Shown here piece by piece: positions 10,899 to 19,822 of a stretch of 64,000 bases of DNA. The stretch's first letter is position 1; the number at the start of each line of letters is the position of its first letter. The notes under the pieces were generated by a model that worked only from the letters and a program-made list of their open reading frames with translations, searched no databases and had not been told where the DNA came from. This DNA is from an uncultured delta proteobacterium. GTDB lineage: Bacteria > Myxococcota > Myxococcia > Myxococcales > Myxococcaceae. The translations under genes were made by a program, and so were the position numbers. The stretch spans positions 608,001 through 672,000 of the forward strand of contig CAVQKE010000001.1 of the NCBI GenBank assembly GCA_963713045.1, given 5' to 3'.

Positions 10899-11597
10899 AT
10901 GGTCACCATCCGCCGCGCCGAAGACCGAGGCCACGCCCAGCATGGCTGGCTCGACAGCCAGCATACCTTTTCCTTCGCCGACTATTACGACCCGGCGCAG
11001 ATGGGCTTTCGTGCCCTGCGGGTCATCAACGAGGACCGAGTGCAGCCAGGCGCGGGGTTCGGCACGCATTCCCACCGAGACATGGAGATTCTCTCCTACG
11101 TCTTGGAGGGCGGCCTGGCCCACAAGGACTCGCTCGGGACGGGTTCCACCATTCGACCCGGCGACGTCCAGCGGATGAGCGCTGGGACGGGGGTGACGCA
11201 CAGCGAAGTCAACGCCTCGAAAACCGAGCCGGTCCACTTCCTTCAAATTTGGCTCCTCCCGGAGAGCCCGGGCCTAGAGCCCAGCTATGAGCAGAAGCAC
11301 TTCGACCCAAGCTCGCGACAGGGACGGCTGAAGCTGGTCGCCTCGCGGCAAGGCCGCGACGGCAGCCTCACCGTCCACCAGGACGTCGCCATTTACAGTG
11401 GACTCTTCGACTCCGGAGAACGGGCCGAACTGGACCTCGCGACCGGGCGCCACGCCTGGGTGCAGCTGGCGCGCGGGACGGTGAAGCTGAATGGCGAGAC
11501 GCTGCATGCCGGGGACGGCGCTGCGCTGAGCGCGACCGGGCGCCTCAGCCTGGAAGCGCTGCAGCAGGCCGAAGTCCTGGTATTCGACTTGGCTTAG
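10899..11597 (+). CDS. pirin family protein (YhhW-like)
   Basis: HGWLDSQHTFSFADYYDP, GFGTHSHRDMEI, MSAGTGVTHSE, HFLQIW. Confidence 0.93.
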   Translation: MVTIRRAEDRGHAQHGWLDSQHTFSFADYYDPAQMGFRALRVINEDRVQPGAGFGTHSHRDMEILSYVLEGGLAHKDSLGTGSTIRPGDVQRMSAGTGVTHSEVNASKTEPVHFLQIWLLPESPGLEPSYEQKHFDPSSRQGRLKLVASRQGRDGSLTVHQDVAIYSGLFDSGERAELDLATGRHAWVQLARGTVKLNGETLHAGDGAALSATGRLSLEALQQAEVLVFDLA

Positions 11598-12181
11598 CGG
11601 CCCTTTGGGAAGCGCGGTGCCGCCGCCGCAGTCAGACAGGCCTGGGCTTTGTGCAGCAGCCGGCGGAGGCTCGCATCATCGGCCTGCCGCAGCGCCTCTT
11701 CGAAGGTAAACCAGCGGAGGTCGGCGACTTCCGAGGCATCCCCCAACAGCGGGGCGGCACCATCCGCCATGGCGAGAAACCGAACGTCGAGGTGCAGGTG
11801 GGGCGGGGCATTCGGGCGCCCAGGAATCCGGTGGACGTCGACGTCCAGGGGCTCTGGAGCCCCCGGGTGAAGCTGCACTGGAAGGCCCGTCTCCTCACGG
11901 GCTTCGCGCAGCGCGGTCCGGCAAAGGTCTCCAGCGTCCTCGGGCTCGGCGTGGCCGCCGGGCTGCAGCCACCGGCCAAGCTTCCGGTGAAACACCAGCG
12001 CCACGCGGGTTCCGTCCGTCACCAGCGCGCTCCCGGTGAAGTGCGCCTCGGGCTGCTGGCTGGAGAGGGGCTCGGGAAGGCTGGCAGCATAGTCACGCAG
12101 AAGTGCGAGCGCCGCCTCCTCCTGGGCGTCACTCGGCACCACCCGGTCGAGCAACCTCTGAAGCGCCATCGGAATGGCCAT
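11594..12181 (-). CDS. NUDIX hydrolase
   Basis: HFTGSALV, HRKLGRWLQPGGH, ALREAREETGL Nudix box. Confidence 0.9.
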   Translation of the reverse strand: MAIPMALQRLLDRVVPSDAQEEAALALLRDYAASLPEPLSSQQPEAHFTGSALVTDGTRVALVFHRKLGRWLQPGGHAEPEDAGDLCRTALREAREETGLPVQLHPGAPEPLDVDVHRIPGRPNAPPHLHLDVRFLAMADGAAPLLGDASEVADLRWFTFEEALRQADDASLRRLLHKAQACLTAAAAPRFPKGR

Positions 12182-12228
12182 GCGTTGGTGGGTGTACACT
12201 CCGGCTCCGTCCGGGAGGAAGCCCACCC

Positions 12229-12693
12229 ATGCCAGTGCTCGTCGCCCTGCTGCTCGCCAGTGCACCGACGTCGGAGGACAAAGCGCTCCGGGTTGAGCTT
12301 CAGGGCGCCTATGACGCCTGCGCGGCCGCTTGCGTCCGCCGGGACGTTCCAGCGGTCATGGCCCTGCTGGCCCCGGACGTCCGTTGGACACTGGTCGATG
12401 GTTCAACGCTGGACCGGGCCGCGGTCGAGAGCGCGGTCCGCGATTTTGTGAAGACGCTCGAGCCGGGCAGCACGGCCAAGTACACGCTTCGCTCCATTCA
12501 GCGCCAGGGGGAGGAAGTCCTGGTGGACGTGCACCTCAGCGTCACCACGGTGCAGCCCGACCCCGACCACCCCGGCAAAGTCGTCAAACACGTGGGCCGC
12601 TCGGGCTGGCACGACGTTTGGGTGAAGGGGCCCTCGGGCTGGCTGGTGAAGTCGGGGGAGGAGTATGAGCTGCCCGCGAAGAAGGCGAGCTGA
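12229..12693 (+). CDS. exported NTF2/SnoaL-like (DUF4440-type) protein
   Basis: Signal peptide; D..AV.ALLAPD.RW, DVWVKG..GW pattern; GGAGG RBS. Confidence 0.7.
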   Translation: MPVLVALLLASAPTSEDKALRVELQGAYDACAAACVRRDVPAVMALLAPDVRWTLVDGSTLDRAAVESAVRDFVKTLEPGSTAKYTLRSIQRQGEEVLVDVHLSVTTVQPDPDHPGKVVKHVGRSGWHDVWVKGPSGWLVKSGEEYELPAKKAS

Positions 12694-12727
12694 CGGCTGG
12701 GCGCAGGCCGCGCCTTCCCGTTCCCCC

Positions 12728-13711
12728 TCAGTCCTTGCTTCCGGTACGCCCGCGCTTCCAGGCATGAAGGCGCGCGTCGGCCATCGCCAGCCAGTCCTCG
12801 ACCAGGGGGGACTGGGCAACATCGAGCGACACCGCGCCGACGCCCAACGACAGCCGCCAGGCACGCGCCGGACGGGCGTTGAGCAGTGCGACGGCCCGGT
12901 CGAGCCGCTCCAGAATGTCCGGCTGCTGGGCCTCGGCGACCTCGAGCGCTAACACCGCAAATTCATCCCCACCGATGCGGCCCAACAAATCCGTCTCGCG
13001 AAAGGCCACCCGCAGGACGCCCGTGACTTCCTCGAGGGCTTTATCGCCTGCGCTGTGGCCAAAGTGCTGGTTGATGTTCCTCATCCCCTCCACGTCCACG
13101 CAGAAGAGGCTGGCTGCCTGTCGGTCCTGGACGGCCCTCCGCAGCCGGCGGTTGGCTTGGGCGAGGAACCCGCGGCGGTTGGGTAGCCGGGTCAGCTCGT
13201 CCATGAGGCTGACGGTGTGCAACGGCTCCACCTCGCAAGGGGAAGGTGCCGAGGCGCTCACCTCCCGGAGAAGGACGAGCACCCCGTGTGCCCCCGCTTC
13301 ACCGACTGGAAGCAGCTCGCGGCCGAGGACGCGCCCATCGACAAGGCCCAACCGACGGTCCCCTTCCAGAAGGCCCTGGCGCGCGAAGGCAGCCGAATCC
13401 ACAAAGCGGTCGCTGAGCAGCCGGGCGACCGTCGAGCTGGTCTGACCGACCAGCTGCCCAGCCGACGCCACCCCCAGCATCCGGCACAGGGCTTGGTTGA
13501 CGAGGTCCACCCGGCCCTCTCGTCCGACGAAAAGGACGCCTGCCGCGACGCCGTGCAGTAGCGCATCCAGGCGTGCATGGGCGCCGTGGGCCGTTTGCCT
13601 CAGCTGGTCGAGCGCCTCCGGGTCCGGGTGACGGGGACTTGGCACTGCTGGCGCCGACGCCTCGGCGCGCGCCGCACCGGAGGCGGACGAAGTCTTCCTG
13701 GCAGTCCCCAT
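12728..13711 (-). CDS. PAS-GGDEF diguanylate cyclase
   Basis: DELTRLPNRRGF, GHSAGD, RETD (I-site) ...GRIGGDEF; N-terminal PAS-like segment. Confidence 0.9.
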   Translation of the reverse strand: MGTARKTSSASGAARAEASAPAVPSPRHPDPEALDQLRQTAHGAHARLDALLHGVAAGVLFVGREGRVDLVNQALCRMLGVASAGQLVGQTSSTVARLLSDRFVDSAAFARQGLLEGDRRLGLVDGRVLGRELLPVGEAGAHGVLVLLREVSASAPSPCEVEPLHTVSLMDELTRLPNRRGFLAQANRRLRRAVQDRQAASLFCVDVEGMRNINQHFGHSAGDKALEEVTGVLRVAFRETDLLGRIGGDEFAVLALEVAEAQQPDILERLDRAVALLNARPARAWRLSLGVGAVSLDVAQSPLVEDWLAMADARLHAWKRGRTGSKD

Positions 13712-13878
13712 TGCCGACATGCCAAAGCACACCGCGCGCCAGCCCAACCGGCTGGAGTTTCAGACGGATGGAACGCCGGCGGCCGGGGCCATTCGGTAGC
13801 GGCGGGTCGCCGCGCACCCGCTTCGGGGCCCCCTGTCGGCTCCGCTGGCAGGGCGTCCCCCCGGGTAGCCTAGGGCCC

Positions 13879-14902
13879 ATGCCGATGCAACCTCTGGCTC
13901 TCGTCCTGTTCGCGCTGTCAGCGGCGCCACCGGACGCACCCCCCGCCGCGGCCGCCTTTGCCTCGGTGGACGAGCTTCTGTCCGCCGCGCTGCCGGCGGC
14001 TGGGGGGGGCGTGGTGCGAGTTGCCCAACCGGGCCAGGTCCTTTTCGAGCGCGCCTACGGCGGCTACCGCCTCAGTGACGCGGTCCCGCTTGCCTCCGGC
14101 ACGCAGCTGTTGAGTGCCGTGGTGCTGCTCACGCTGGTGGACGGCCACCAGCTGTCGCTCGACGCCAAAGTGGCGTCGGTGCTGGCGGAGTGGCCGGCGG
14201 ACAAGGCTGCCGTCACGCTGCGGATGCTCCTCGCGCAGACCTCGGGGCTCCCTCCCTCAGCACCCTGCCTCGACCAACGCGACACCACCCTCGCCGCGTG
14301 CGTCCACCAAATCTCAGCGTTGCCCCTGCGCGCGGACCCGGGAACGGCAGTCATTTATGGCGGCACCGGCTTTCAAGTTGCCGGGCGAATGGCGGAGGTG
14401 GCAAGCGGGAAGAGTTGGGCCGAGCTTTTCCGCGAACGCCTCACGCAGCCGCTCGGGCTGCGCATGACCGGTTTTGGACGTACCGCCAATCCCCGGCATC
14501 GCCGGGGGCGCCCAGTCCAGCGCTGATGACTACGGCGCCGTGCTTGACGTCCTCTTACTGGGCGGCGCGCGCCCCGGCGTGCGGCTGCTCTCCGCCGCCT
14601 CGGTGGCGGCGATGTTTGAGGACCAGAGCGGTGGCGCTCCGCTGGTCCTCTCGCCTTACGCGCTTTTCCCCGGACGCGAAGCCAGCCGCCCTGGGCTGGG
14701 ACTGTGGCTGGACCGCATGGACGGGCAGGGCCACGGCGTGGAGGCCGTCTGCCAGGGAATTTTTGGCTTCACCGCTTGGATGGACCGAGAGCGCCGGCTG
14801 GGCGGTGTGCTGTTGGTGCACGGGGACTTGCGACAGATGGTGCCGCTTGAGCAGAAGCTGCGTGCGGCCTTTCGCCAGGCGGTTCCGCCCGTCCCGCGCT
14901 AG
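13879..14902 (+). CDS. serine hydrolase/beta-lactamase family protein (frameshift near 14497; SxxK reads SGTQ)
   Basis: Signal peptide, PLASGTQ, TLRMLLAQTSG, PGT..IYGG, continuing in another frame as IAGGAQSSADDY...GIFGFTAWMD. Confidence 0.8.
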
Positions 14903-15222
14903 CTGGAGGCAGAAAGTTCGGCGAGCAAGGCGTCGACTTCCTCGGCCAGCGAGGGATGGTTCTGCTCCAGCGCCCGCGCCCGTGCGCTCTCCCAGGTGAC
15001 CCGCGCGGCTTCAGCCAGCCCATTGCCCCGGAGGGCCTCGCCCAAGCACACCAACGCCGCGGCGTACGTCGGGTCGAGTCGGGTGGCCGCGGTCAAACTG
15101 GCAACCGCGTCGCTGTACCGGCGCTGCTCGAGGAGCAGCTTTCCCAAGGAGAAGTGTCCCATCGGCGACTCCGGGAAGCGTTCCACCAGTTTCCGGAATT
15201 GCGCCTCGCGCTCGGCAGTCAT
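14899..15222 (-). CDS. small TPR protein
   Basis: FPESPMGHFSLG, DPTYAAALVCLG TPR-like repeats. Confidence 0.8.
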   Translation of the reverse strand: MTAEREAQFRKLVERFPESPMGHFSLGKLLLEQRRYSDAVASLTAATRLDPTYAAALVCLGEALRGNGLAEAARVTWESARARALEQNHPSLAEEVDALLAELSASS

Positions 15223-15256
15223 AGTTTGCTGTAGCATCTCACACGCACAGGACTTT

Positions 15257-15697
15257 TTGCCCCCGCCCACCAGACCTCGCAGTGCCGTTGCCCGGAAGGG
15301 CCCCCAGCGCCGAGAGGCGCCGCCGGTGGAGACCCGCCGCCCACCCGCCGAGGATGCCCGGGCGCATGGCTTGGCCCGACGCGCAGCCGAATTGATGGTG
15401 GACAAGAAGGCCTCGGAGGTTGTGCTACTCGACGTGCGCGGGATGACGTCCTATGCGGATTGGTTCGTCCTCAGCTCGGGCGACTCAGAGCGCCAGGTGA
15501 CGGCCACCGCCGAATACCTGCGTGAGAAGCTCCGCGAGGAGGGCTTCCGCATCATCGGCGCTGAGGGCTTTGAGACCGGCCACTGGGTGCTCCTCGACTA
15601 TGGCGAGGTGGTGGTGCACCTGTTCAGCACTGAGGTTCGTGCCTTTTACGACTTGGACGGCCTGTGGGCCGATGCGCCTAAGGAGAAGGTGGCCTGA
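15257..15697 (+). CDS. rsfS: ribosome silencing factor
   Basis: [42 protein letters not shown]; start uncertain. Confidence 0.93.
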   Translation: MPPPTRPRSAVARKGPQRREAPPVETRRPPAEDARAHGLARRAAELMVDKKASEVVLLDVRGMTSYADWFVLSSGDSERQVTATAEYLREKLREEGFRIIGAEGFETGHWVLLDYGEVVVHLFSTEVRAFYDLDGLWADAPKEKVA

Positions 15698-16155
15698 AGG
15701 TCCGAGTGCTGTCGGTGGGCCGCGACCGGTCGGGGTGGTTCGAGCCTGCCGTGCAGGCCTACGCCGCGCGGCTTCAGCACTACACCCGCCTCGAGCTAAC
15801 CGAGCTGCCGGCGTCCTCCGGCAGGCGTCCGGCCGAAGCGTCCCGGGCCAAAGAGGCGGAACGGCTCCTCGCCGCACGGCGGCCCGGGGAGTTGCTGGTG
15901 GCGCTTGACGAAGGGGGCGAGCGGCTGGACAGCCACGGGTTCGCCCGTCTGCTGGGCGACGCCCAAGGGCGCAGTGCTGACTTACTTTTCGTCGTCGGGG
16001 GCGATGATGGACTGGACGCAGCCGTGCGAGCGGCCGCCGTTCGCGTGCTCTCCCTATCCTCGCTGACACTTCCCCACCGCCTCGCACGCCTGGTGCTGGT
16101 GGAGCAGCTGTACCGCGGCTTCACCCTCTTGCGGGGCGAGCCCTACCACCGCTGA
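15694..16155 (+). CDS. rlmH: 23S rRNA m3Psi1915 methyltransferase
   Basis: [42 protein letters not shown]; follows rsfS; probable CTG start at 15694. Confidence 0.95.
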   Translation: MKVRVLSVGRDRSGWFEPAVQAYAARLQHYTRLELTELPASSGRRPAEASRAKEAERLLAARRPGELLVALDEGGERLDSHGFARLLGDAQGRSADLLFVVGGDDGLDAAVRAAAVRVLSLSSLTLPHRLARLVLVEQLYRGFTLLRGEPYHR

Positions 16156-16225
16156 GCGGAGCGCCTGAGCGCATCAGCTCCTCTCGCTGCACCGGCCAAG
16201 AAGTTTGGTTAAGTCAGAGGTGACC

Positions 16226-16459
16226 ATGGTGACCATTACCTACTGCAACTCCTGAGGCTACCTTCCCCACGCCACCCGTGCGGCGGCCGCGCTGAAGGAC
16301 GAGCTGGACGTCGAGCCGGTGTTGGTGAAAGGCCACTCCGGCATTTTCGAGGTCGCGGTGGCGGGGAAAGTCGTCGCCTCCAAGGGGCGGCTTGGCTTTC
16401 CCTCGGAGCGAGACATTGTGGATGCCGTGTCCCGGGCTCTGGGCCCGGGCGGCCCGTAG
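16226..16459 (+). CDS. SelW/Rdx family selenoprotein (CxxU; UGA at 16253-16255)
   Basis: GAGGTG RBS then MVTITYCNS-U-GYLPHATRAAAALKDELDVEPVLVKGHSGIFEVAVAGKVVASKGRLGFPSERDIVDAV; colinear with the adjacent CxxC paralogue. Confidence 0.9.
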
Positions 16460-16595
16460 GCCGACCCCTCCCGCACCTGGCGAGGCGCTGTCCGCTCCAG
16501 CCCGGTGCCTCCTTCCCAAGGAGGGGGTGCGGCAGACCCCACTCAATCGCTCTCCTGCGCGGACCGGGGCGCACGCGCTACACGACGCGGCCCCC

Positions 16596-16838
16596 GTGGT
16601 CACCATTTTCTACTGCGTCACTTGCAATTACCTGCCCCAAGCGACGGAAGCCGCCGACGCGCTTCGCGAGGCGCTTGGCATCGAGGCGGTACTGGTGCGT
16701 GGGCACTCCGGTCGCTTCGAGGTGGAAGTGGACGGTAAGCTGGTCCTTGCCAAGGGCAAGGGGTGTTTCCCCACGTCGCGCGACGTGGTCGAGGCCGTGG
16801 CGCGAGTTCTGGGCCGCCTTCAGTCCATTTCGCACTGA
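16596..16838 (+). CDS. SelW/Rdx family protein, Cys form (CxxC)
   Basis: GTG start; VTIFYCVTCNYLPQA...GHSGRFEVEVDG...FP. Confidence 0.88.
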   Translation: MVTIFYCVTCNYLPQATEAADALREALGIEAVLVRGHSGRFEVEVDGKLVLAKGKGCFPTSRDVVEAVARVLGRLQSISH

Positions 16839-16851
16839 AGGCCGCGGCGCC

Positions 16852-17952
16852 TCAGCCACCGAGTGGGCGCGGCCCAACCGGGCGCGCGGCGAAGCGCATC
16901 TGGCTGTCCAGCGTTCGGTACACCCGGTCCGTCAACGCCGTCAACACGGCCGTCGCGGCGATAACGCAGAGGGTTAGCCCGGCATATCCCCACCAGCCGC
17001 AGCGCTTGCCGAACAGCACGTCCAAGGAGAGACCGCGCACTTGGTAGAAGAGCAGCATCTCGTGAAAGAAGTACGCCGCGAGCGAGGAGGTGCCGAACAG
17101 CTCCACGAAGCGCACCGGCGCTCGGGTGCGCCAAGCTGCCGGCATCCGCGCTTCGAGGGCCAGTAAGCTGAGGAGCAGTAGGCCAACCACCGTCCAGCGC
17201 TGGGCCGAGTTGGATGGGTCCGTCACCCAGAATTCATGAGGCGGGTAGACGCGGAGCCAGACCGGCGTCAATCCCCAGATGAGAAGGCCTGTGCCCACCA
17301 GCCCCAGAAGCAGCCAACGCACCGCGGGCAGCCTTCCCGTCGCCAAAAGGGCGCCCAGTGCCGCCCCGAGAAAGATGTAGCCGGACCACGGGACGAGCGG
17401 GAACACCGTCGCCCAGGGCCCTTCGCGCTTGAGCAGCTGCGTTGCGACACTCCCCTGCACCCCTTCGGCGAACGGAGCCAGGAAGAAGATGGCCAGCGCC
17501 ACCAGACACGACACCACCGCCAGAAGAGAAGGTCGCCGGGCCAGCGCAAACAGCAGCGGGAGTGCCAGAAGAAGCGACAGCCCGATGCATTGAAGAATGT
17601 CGATGCGGGTGAGCCAGCGAGGCTCGACCGAGATGGGAAACCACACCACATTCACCAACGTGGCCACCGCCAGCACTTCACCGATGCGGCGGAGCGTTCG
17701 CCAAAGCCGCGCCGAGCGGCTCGCTCCACCTGCTGCCGCGGCGCGCACCTGGAGTAGCCCGAGCGAAAATCCTGCCGCCAGGATAAAGGACGGAGCCACC
17801 AGTCCGTTCACCCAATTCAGTCGCGCCATGGCACGGGTTTGGTGGAGTTCGGGCTGGAGGAAGACGAGGGCGTGCGTTTCCACCATCACCAGGACCGCCA
17901 GTCCTCGCAGCCAGTCGAAGGCCCTGATGCGTCCGGCGGAGGCGGCAGTCAT
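16852..17952 (-). CDS. DUF1624/HGSNAT-like membrane acyltransferase family protein
   Basis: RI.AFDWLRGLAVLVMVETH, IDILQCIG, FPLVPW, SLAAYFFH; multi-TM. Confidence 0.8.
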   Translation of the reverse strand: MTAASAGRIRAFDWLRGLAVLVMVETHALVFLQPELHQTRAMARLNWVNGLVAPSFILAAGFSLGLLQVRAAAAGGASRSARLWRTLRRIGEVLAVATLVNVVWFPISVEPRWLTRIDILQCIGLSLLLALPLLFALARRPSLLAVVSCLVALAIFFLAPFAEGVQGSVATQLLKREGPWATVFPLVPWSGYIFLGAALGALLATGRLPAVRWLLLGLVGTGLLIWGLTPVWLRVYPPHEFWVTDPSNSAQRWTVVGLLLLSLLALEARMPAAWRTRAPVRFVELFGTSSLAAYFFHEMLLFYQVRGLSLDVLFGKRCGWWGYAGLTLCVIAATAVLTALTDRVYRTLDSQMRFAARPVGPRPLGG

Positions 17953-18062
17953 TCCAGTGCGAGTCGCCTAGCAGGAGCGTCCGCCAGACGAAAGGCTCAA
18001 GCGACAACCGCTGTCCTTCCTAAGGTGTGGGTGCTGGGGGGTGAGGTTAGAGTAACGCCCCT

Positions 18063-19601
18063 ATGAAGCCTGCCCACCGCCTTGTGCTGGCAATCCTCGA
18101 CGGCTGGGGCATCCGCAAGGAGCGGGCCGACAATGCGATTCTGTTGCAGGGCACCCCAGCCTTGGACCGGATGGCGGAGGGGATGCCGCAGACGCAGCTT
18201 GAAACCTCGGGCCTCGCGGTCGGCCTCCCCGAAGGACAAATGGGGAACTCAGAAGTCGGCCACACCAACATCGGCGCCGGGCGCATCGTCTACCAGGACT
18301 TGGTGCGCATCAATCGCGCCTGCCAATCGGGCGAGTTGGCCAATCTGCCGGTGCTGCGAGCCGCCTTCGAGGAGACCAAACGAGAGGGTAAGTCGTTGCA
18401 CTTCCTCGGCCTTCTCGGGCCCGGCGGTGTGCACGCCTCTCAGGCGCACTTGGAGGGCCTTCTCCGAGCCGCGCAGGCGCACGGGTTGGCTTCGGTTTAC
18501 GTCCACGCCTTTCTGGATGGTCGAGACACGCCTCCGCAGAGCTCGCTGGGTGAGTTGGAGAGGTTCGAAGGTTTCTTGCGCGACCTCGGGACCGGGCAGC
18601 TGGCCACTGTTTCGGGGCGCTACTACGCCATGGACCGCGATCAGCGCTGGGACCGAATCGAACTGGTCTACGACGCGATGGTCCGCGGCGAGGGTCCCCG
18701 GGCACCGAGCGCGGTGCAGGCGGTGCGCGCCGCCTATGACCAAAAGGTGACCGACGAATTCATTCCTCCCACCGTGCTGCTCGCCGGAAGCGAGCCAGTC
18801 GCTCGAATTCGGGACGGGGATACCGTTCTCTTCTTCAACTTTCGCGCAGACCGAGCGCGAGAGCTCACCCGGGCACTGGCCTTCCCCGACTTCAAACAGT
18901 TCGACCGCGGCGGCTTGCGGCTGGGCCGTTTCATCTGCATGACCGAATACGACAGCACCTTCGGGTTGCCGGTGATTTTTCCGCCCAGTCAACCGCGTCA
19001 CATCTTCCCGGAGGTGGTCTCCGACGCCGGTCTCCGCCAATTCCGCATCGCCGAGACTGAGAAGTACGCCCACGTCACCTTCTTCTTCAACGGAGGCCGG
19101 GAGGTGGTTTTCCCCGGCGAAGAGCGCGTCCTCATCCCCTCTCCGCGCGACGTCAAGACCTATGACTTGAAGCCGGAGATGAGCGCAGTCCCAGTCACTC
19201 AGGAATTGGTGAAACGCATCGCCTCTGGCGACTTCGATTTTCTTCTCGTGAATTACGCCAACCCGGACATGGTGGGCCATTCGGGCGTGCTGAGTGCGGC
19301 CATGCGAGCGGTGCAGACGGTGGACAGCTGTCTTGGCGCCGTCGCCGACGCCTGCGCGCAGAGCGGGCATGCGTTGGTCATCACCGCCGACCATGGCAAC
19401 TGCGAACAGATGCGCGACCCGGTGACCGGTGAGCCGCATACCGCGCACACTCTTAACCCCGTTCCCTTCTACCTCGTCCACCCGGACTTCCGCGGGGCAG
19501 CGCTACGCCCAGGCGTGCTCGCCGACGTCGCCCCGACGTTGCTCCGCATCATGGGGCTTCCGCAGCCGAAGGAGATGGACCGCCTCGGCCTCTTTCCTTG
19601 A
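18063..19601 (+). CDS. gpmI: 2,3-bisphosphoglycerate-independent phosphoglycerate mutase
   Basis: ILDGWG, GQMGNSEVGH, DGRDT, GRYYAMDRD, AETEKYAHVTFF, NPDMVGH, ADHGN. Confidence 0.98.
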   Translation: MKPAHRLVLAILDGWGIRKERADNAILLQGTPALDRMAEGMPQTQLETSGLAVGLPEGQMGNSEVGHTNIGAGRIVYQDLVRINRACQSGELANLPVLRAAFEETKREGKSLHFLGLLGPGGVHASQAHLEGLLRAAQAHGLASVYVHAFLDGRDTPPQSSLGELERFEGFLRDLGTGQLATVSGRYYAMDRDQRWDRIELVYDAMVRGEGPRAPSAVQAVRAAYDQKVTDEFIPPTVLLAGSEPVARIRDGDTVLFFNFRADRARELTRALAFPDFKQFDRGGLRLGRFICMTEYDSTFGLPVIFPPSQPRHIFPEVVSDAGLRQFRIAETEKYAHVTFFFNGGREVVFPGEERVLIPSPRDVKTYDLKPEMSAVPVTQELVKRIASGDFDFLLVNYANPDMVGHSGVLSAAMRAVQTVDSCLGAVADACAQSGHALVITADHGNCEQMRDPVTGEPHTAHTLNPVPFYLVHPDFRGAALRPGVLADVAPTLLRIMGLPQPKEMDRLGLFP

Positions 19602-19822
19602 GAAGAGGGCCCCCCGGTGGGTCCGACTGGCACCGTCCCCCCCATGAGGCGCCGCGCGGCACCGGGCGGCCCCCGCAGGGTAGAGTCGTCGGAGGGGAAA
19701 GGCCCGCCCACCCTGGGGTGCATTCCACGGCACAGGGAAGAGACGGCGGCCGCAAAGCGTTGGTTGGGCGCAGGGCGGCAGTGGTGGATATGAGAGACCG
19801 AAGCGCCCCGCACCGCCCCTGG

